A stretch of 64,000 nucleotides of DNA, taken from the NCBI GenBank assembly GCA_036172245.1, contig JAYWIR010000128.1, forward strand, positions 1 through 64,000, given 5' to 3'. Positions 60,335 through 64,000 of this stretch are shown here, in pieces. The translations under genes and the position numbers were made by a program. The notes beneath the pieces are model-generated. The model did no database searches and was not told the DNA's origin. It was given only the letters and a program-made list of their open reading frames with translations. How positions within the stretch are numbered: position 1 is the stretch's first letter; every line of letters begins with the position of its first letter. This DNA comes from Raillietiella orientalis. Taxonomy: Eukaryota.

Positions 60335-61823
60335 TGTGTCGCGTATGGACGTGCTTTTGCGTCGCTTCGCGGAAGATTGGCTCTTGTGTGTTTTTGTTCT
60401 GCTGTGCTTCTGCGCTGCAATGGGAGCAAAGAACAACATCAGCCGCAAGAAGGGAACGCCACCTGCTCCTGAGATGGCTTCTTTGCTGCTAGAAAGGAGC
60501 CTCTGTCCTCGTCGACAGCGAGGACATTCGCCCATGTCGCTGCCCTCGAGGCTACCAGGGGACCTTCGCCCGACAGCCATGAGCTTCAGGCGTATGTAGC
60601 AAATGGCTACACGCCTGCACTCAGGCATAAGGTAAGTGTTCTTATGCCTGAGCGTGCTGGGCGCGAGTCTGGCCAGGAACTTCAACGGATTGGAGTTCAA
60701 AAAGGCCAACTGGAGTCCGTCATGCCCATGAGTAACTGCGGCTACTGGGAGGTGTCCAGCAAGGACGCTCTCCTTATTCAGCGTTTGTTGCACACGCCGC
60801 TGCTTATTCGTGGGCAGGAAATACTCCCTGCCACAACGGACCATTCGTTCGTTGCCCATCTGAGTGAAGTGTGTAAGGGCCTTTCGGACTGCCAGGTCGT
60901 AGAGGCCCTTGAAAAATTCGCCACCGTCCACGCGCTTTGGAGGCTGCCAAACCCTGCTGAAGGGTTCGAAGACCACCACAGCGGGCTCGCGCAAGTGCGA
61001 GTGACGATGACGGATCGCCGTGCAATGCCCAAGCGACTGCAGGTGGATGGAATGATCGTCTGTCTGTGGTTTGCCGGGAAAACGCGTGTATGCGCGGAAT
61101 GCGGGCAGGAGGGTCACCGCATTACGTAGTGTCTCTTGGCCGCTTGCCGTAACTGCCACGAGCACGGGCACACTAAAGGAACGTGCCCCGAGCTCCTTTT
61201 AAAAAACGAGAAGCGCAGGAACGAATCGCGTATGCATCGCGGAATAATCACCGCGAATCGAGGGAAAGAAAGATCAAAGCTTCGAAAAGCGTTGCGACAA
61301 CCGCGACCACGAACGTGGAGAAAACCGTTTCTCACCACTACAAAAAAGGGGTGAAAACAAAAAAAACCTCGTCGCGGGAAACCCTTTGGCTATCGACCCG
61401 AAGGACGCTCGCGAAGAATGCGACCTTTCTACGAGACCTCGCAGCCAATTGTTGAAAGCAGGAGACATCGTGCCGAAGGACGAAAAGCCTCCTGCTGTCG
61501 GCATCACGACCGCGAAGCCTCGTTCCAAGGCCTCGAGGAGCGGCGCGGATTGCGGTCGTTCGCCTGATACAAGAAAAACTCGCACGCGAACAAAGAACTC
61601 TGCGTCGTCTGAAGCTACCGCGGCCAATGTGCACCAAGAGCCGAGTGCCGCGAAGAAACAGCCGGCAAACCCGCAGTCCTTTCGCGCGTACGCAGCGCCT
61701 AATGCGGCCAAGGAAGAAACTGCTAGGGAGAGCAAAACCGCTGCAGCAGTGCCCCCAGCGGTCGCAAAGGCAACGCGCGAACCCTAAGATCTGCAAGAGG
61801 CAGCGCTTCTCCTGATCGCTAAG
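60335..61823 (+). mobile_element. LINE subfamily B 5' part (duplicate of 20230-21700)
   Basis: Near-identical reverse complement. Carries 18 extra bp at ~60761. Confidence 0.9.
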
Positions 61824-64000
61824 TTTCTCCAAGTCCCACAAGGGGTGGGGTAAGTTTATTTTTCTATAAAAATACAATATTTACATTCTCACTCTCATTC
61901 ACTCAATACACACATTTTGCACTTTGGGGTCCTTGAGTTGCACTAGAGTTCTGCTTTTCAAGGGGGGAATTCCAGCTGGATGGTCCCGGGCGTCGTCCTG
62001 GATCCTCTTCAGGATGAATCGGTACGTCCAGGCGTGGATCTTCCCGCAGTTCCTGATGCCGATTTCCCTCTTCAAGAGCTCTTGTAGGATCTCCATCAGT
62101 GGTGCGGCTCTCCTGGCTTTCCTCATTTTCAACCACCGCACAAGTATGGCGGTGATGAGGAGGGCTATGGTCGTCCTCACCATGGGATTGTAACAGCGAA
62201 CATTACCATCCCCATGGAACATCCCGGCGAGGATCTCCATAACGGATTTGTTGGTAAGTCCTTTGATCCTTTTCAGGATCAGCCAGTCATACAGCAGTGT
62301 GGGACACGTCAAGACGTGAAGTCTCGTGTCGTCGTCTCCACATGCTGCGCAGTCTCGGTCTTCCCGTCTTCCTGTGAAGTGCTGCAATCGGGACCCACTC
62401 TGGATTCCTCCGTGATAAAACATCAGGAGGTCGTCCTGGGTGCCCGGCGGAAGGTCACTCCTTTAGAGCGTCGTGCCGATCGCTAACAGGTTGAACCGTT
62501 TACTCCCGTAGCGTTCGGTGGCTTCCTGGAGGGCACTGATGTCACGGTCGTTTTCTTGGATAAGCCTTCGGAGGTTTGTTCTGGTTACCCTCGACCATGC
62601 GAAGTCGTTGTGGTTGAACCACACTTCGCGGGTCCTGTGGGTAAACCTTCCTAACATCATCTCTGTATACCGAAGTATACGAGTTTGATGTAGGTAGCTT
62701 CCTCGCCTCCACTCCTGGATTTGCAGTAGGGTAACTCTGGACCGCTGGTAGATCCAGCTTCTCGTGTCCGGCGGCCCACGAAGCATCCAAGGGATCACTA
62801 GAATAAACTCGTCCTGCCGTAGTTCCCTGCTTCGCGGCACGATCTTGATTTGGTGCTTCCGCACCAGCCGTTGCTTCCTCTTCCAGGTCGGGTCGATTGT
62901 TATCCATTCCCCTATTTTGCCTAGCAGCGCAGTCATCAGGCCTTTCGAGTTGTTAAGCAACAACGCGTCGGCGCTGTGCGCCGCATACGGCCAGTCATCC
63001 CAGTAAGTGGCAATGTCCAGGATGTGTCGCGTATCCATGATTTCCATGGAATGTGCAAGCGAATTCATCCCGGAACCGCCTTCTTCCCTGGGACGACACA
63101 GGGGTTTCAGTCTTACTCTTGGGCGATAGTGGCCCCAGAGTGTTTTTCTTTGCAGCTTGTCGAACTCCCTAGTAGTGTCCTTGTTCATCCTCGCGAAGGC
63201 CGCCCCGAAGAGCACTTTCGGAAGGAGTACTCCGTTCCATATGTTGGCTTGATGCTTCATCCCAAGGTCCGTTCGGGTGTACTTGGCTGCTTCCTTGGCC
63301 GTTTTCCCCAGTATTTCCTTCCACAGCAGCTTCGACGCAGAGTCGTCTCCGATGTAGACTCTCAGGTACTTGGCCGTGTCCACCGTACGGAATCCACTAC
63401 CCGTTAAAGTGGAGAGATTCAGGATTCCGACGGGCAAAAGCTGGCTCTTCTGGGAATTGATTTTTAAGCCCAAGCCCTGTTCCATCAGGTCCACCACATC
63501 CAGAAACGCACGCTGATTTTTCTCTTTCTTGATGAAGAAAAGTAGATCATCGGCGTATGCCAGATGGATAAGACGCTGGCCATCGATGGTAATCCCGCTC
63601 AGTCGTCCGCTCTTCTCGATATAGGACGACAACTCCTCCATATAGATGACGAACAGCATCGGACATAGCGAGTCGCCCTTTCAGACTACTTGTTCCATCC
63701 TGATTGCTGCCGCCTCCTGGCCGTTGATCTTGATTTGGCAGTACTGGTTCTGGAGTACCATCCTCACGAAGTTGCTGAAGTGTTCCGGAAGCCCTAGCTT
63801 CTCCAGAACCTTCAGCAGCATCCCGTGGTCGATGGAGTCAAAAGCCTTCTCCATGTCAGTGAACACCAGCACCAGTTTCTCGCCGACGTATCGACTGAGT
63901 CCAACAGTGGCCTGGGCACACTTTACATTGTCCGACATGTGTCCTCCTGAGACTGCACATGTCTGCACCGGAGAGATCAGCATCGACATGACCTTGCCTA
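61824..64000 (-). mobile_element. LINE subfamily H 3' part (duplicate of 18052-20229), runs off the window
   Basis: ORFs 63681-63989, 62463-63659 (AYADDL) and 61899-62423 are near-identical to the H ORF2. Confidence 0.92.

Larger units (their letters stand above)
59157..64000 (-). repeat. Right arm of inverted segmental duplication (left arm 18052-22877)
   Basis: ORF translations are almost identical across the H/B/A junctions. The window end matches the reverse complement at 18052. Confidence 0.92.

Noticed and set aside
1437..63659. Group II intron, retron or DGR explanation for the YADD reverse transcriptases
   Set aside because: An N-terminal APE endonuclease, CCHC ORF1, AATAAA ends, 5' truncations and TSDs indicate eukaryotic non-LTR elements.
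1..64000. Host genes, tRNA, rRNA, snRNA, or species assignment
   Set aside because: None recognised. Nearly all sequence is explained by LINEs and satellite.

Overview
Eukaryotic repeat-dense window with no recognisable host gene. About 54 kb is a nested stack of decayed L1/Tx1-clade non-LTR retrotransposons: ORF1 with RRM-like core and CCHC knuckles; ORF2 with APE endonuclease, reverse transcriptase with YADD, and C-terminal zinc finger. I label them A, B, C, D, E, F and H by eye, from their 3' UTRs and 5' ends. About 10.1 kb (33333-43468) is a 276-bp tandem satellite. The nesting looks non-random. Each subfamily recurs at its own site inside the coding sequence of a related element, almost always antisense. 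D sits at the RT 'DLxKAFD' codons, B at the 'SLMR' codons, A at the ORF1 'CxVVV' codons and C at the linker 'ADVR' codons, with target-site duplications and TSD-separated tandem copies. Elements share a 5' GGACGT motif, an ORF1/ORF2 TAATG/TGATG stop-start overlap, and a 3' AATAAA + CCCGG-N5-CCGGG hairpin with no long poly(A). A near-identical inverted duplication of at least 4.8 kb links 18052-22877 with 59157-64000. Boundaries were read by eye and are good to a few bases; subfamily labels are provisional; the organism cannot be identified from the sequence.
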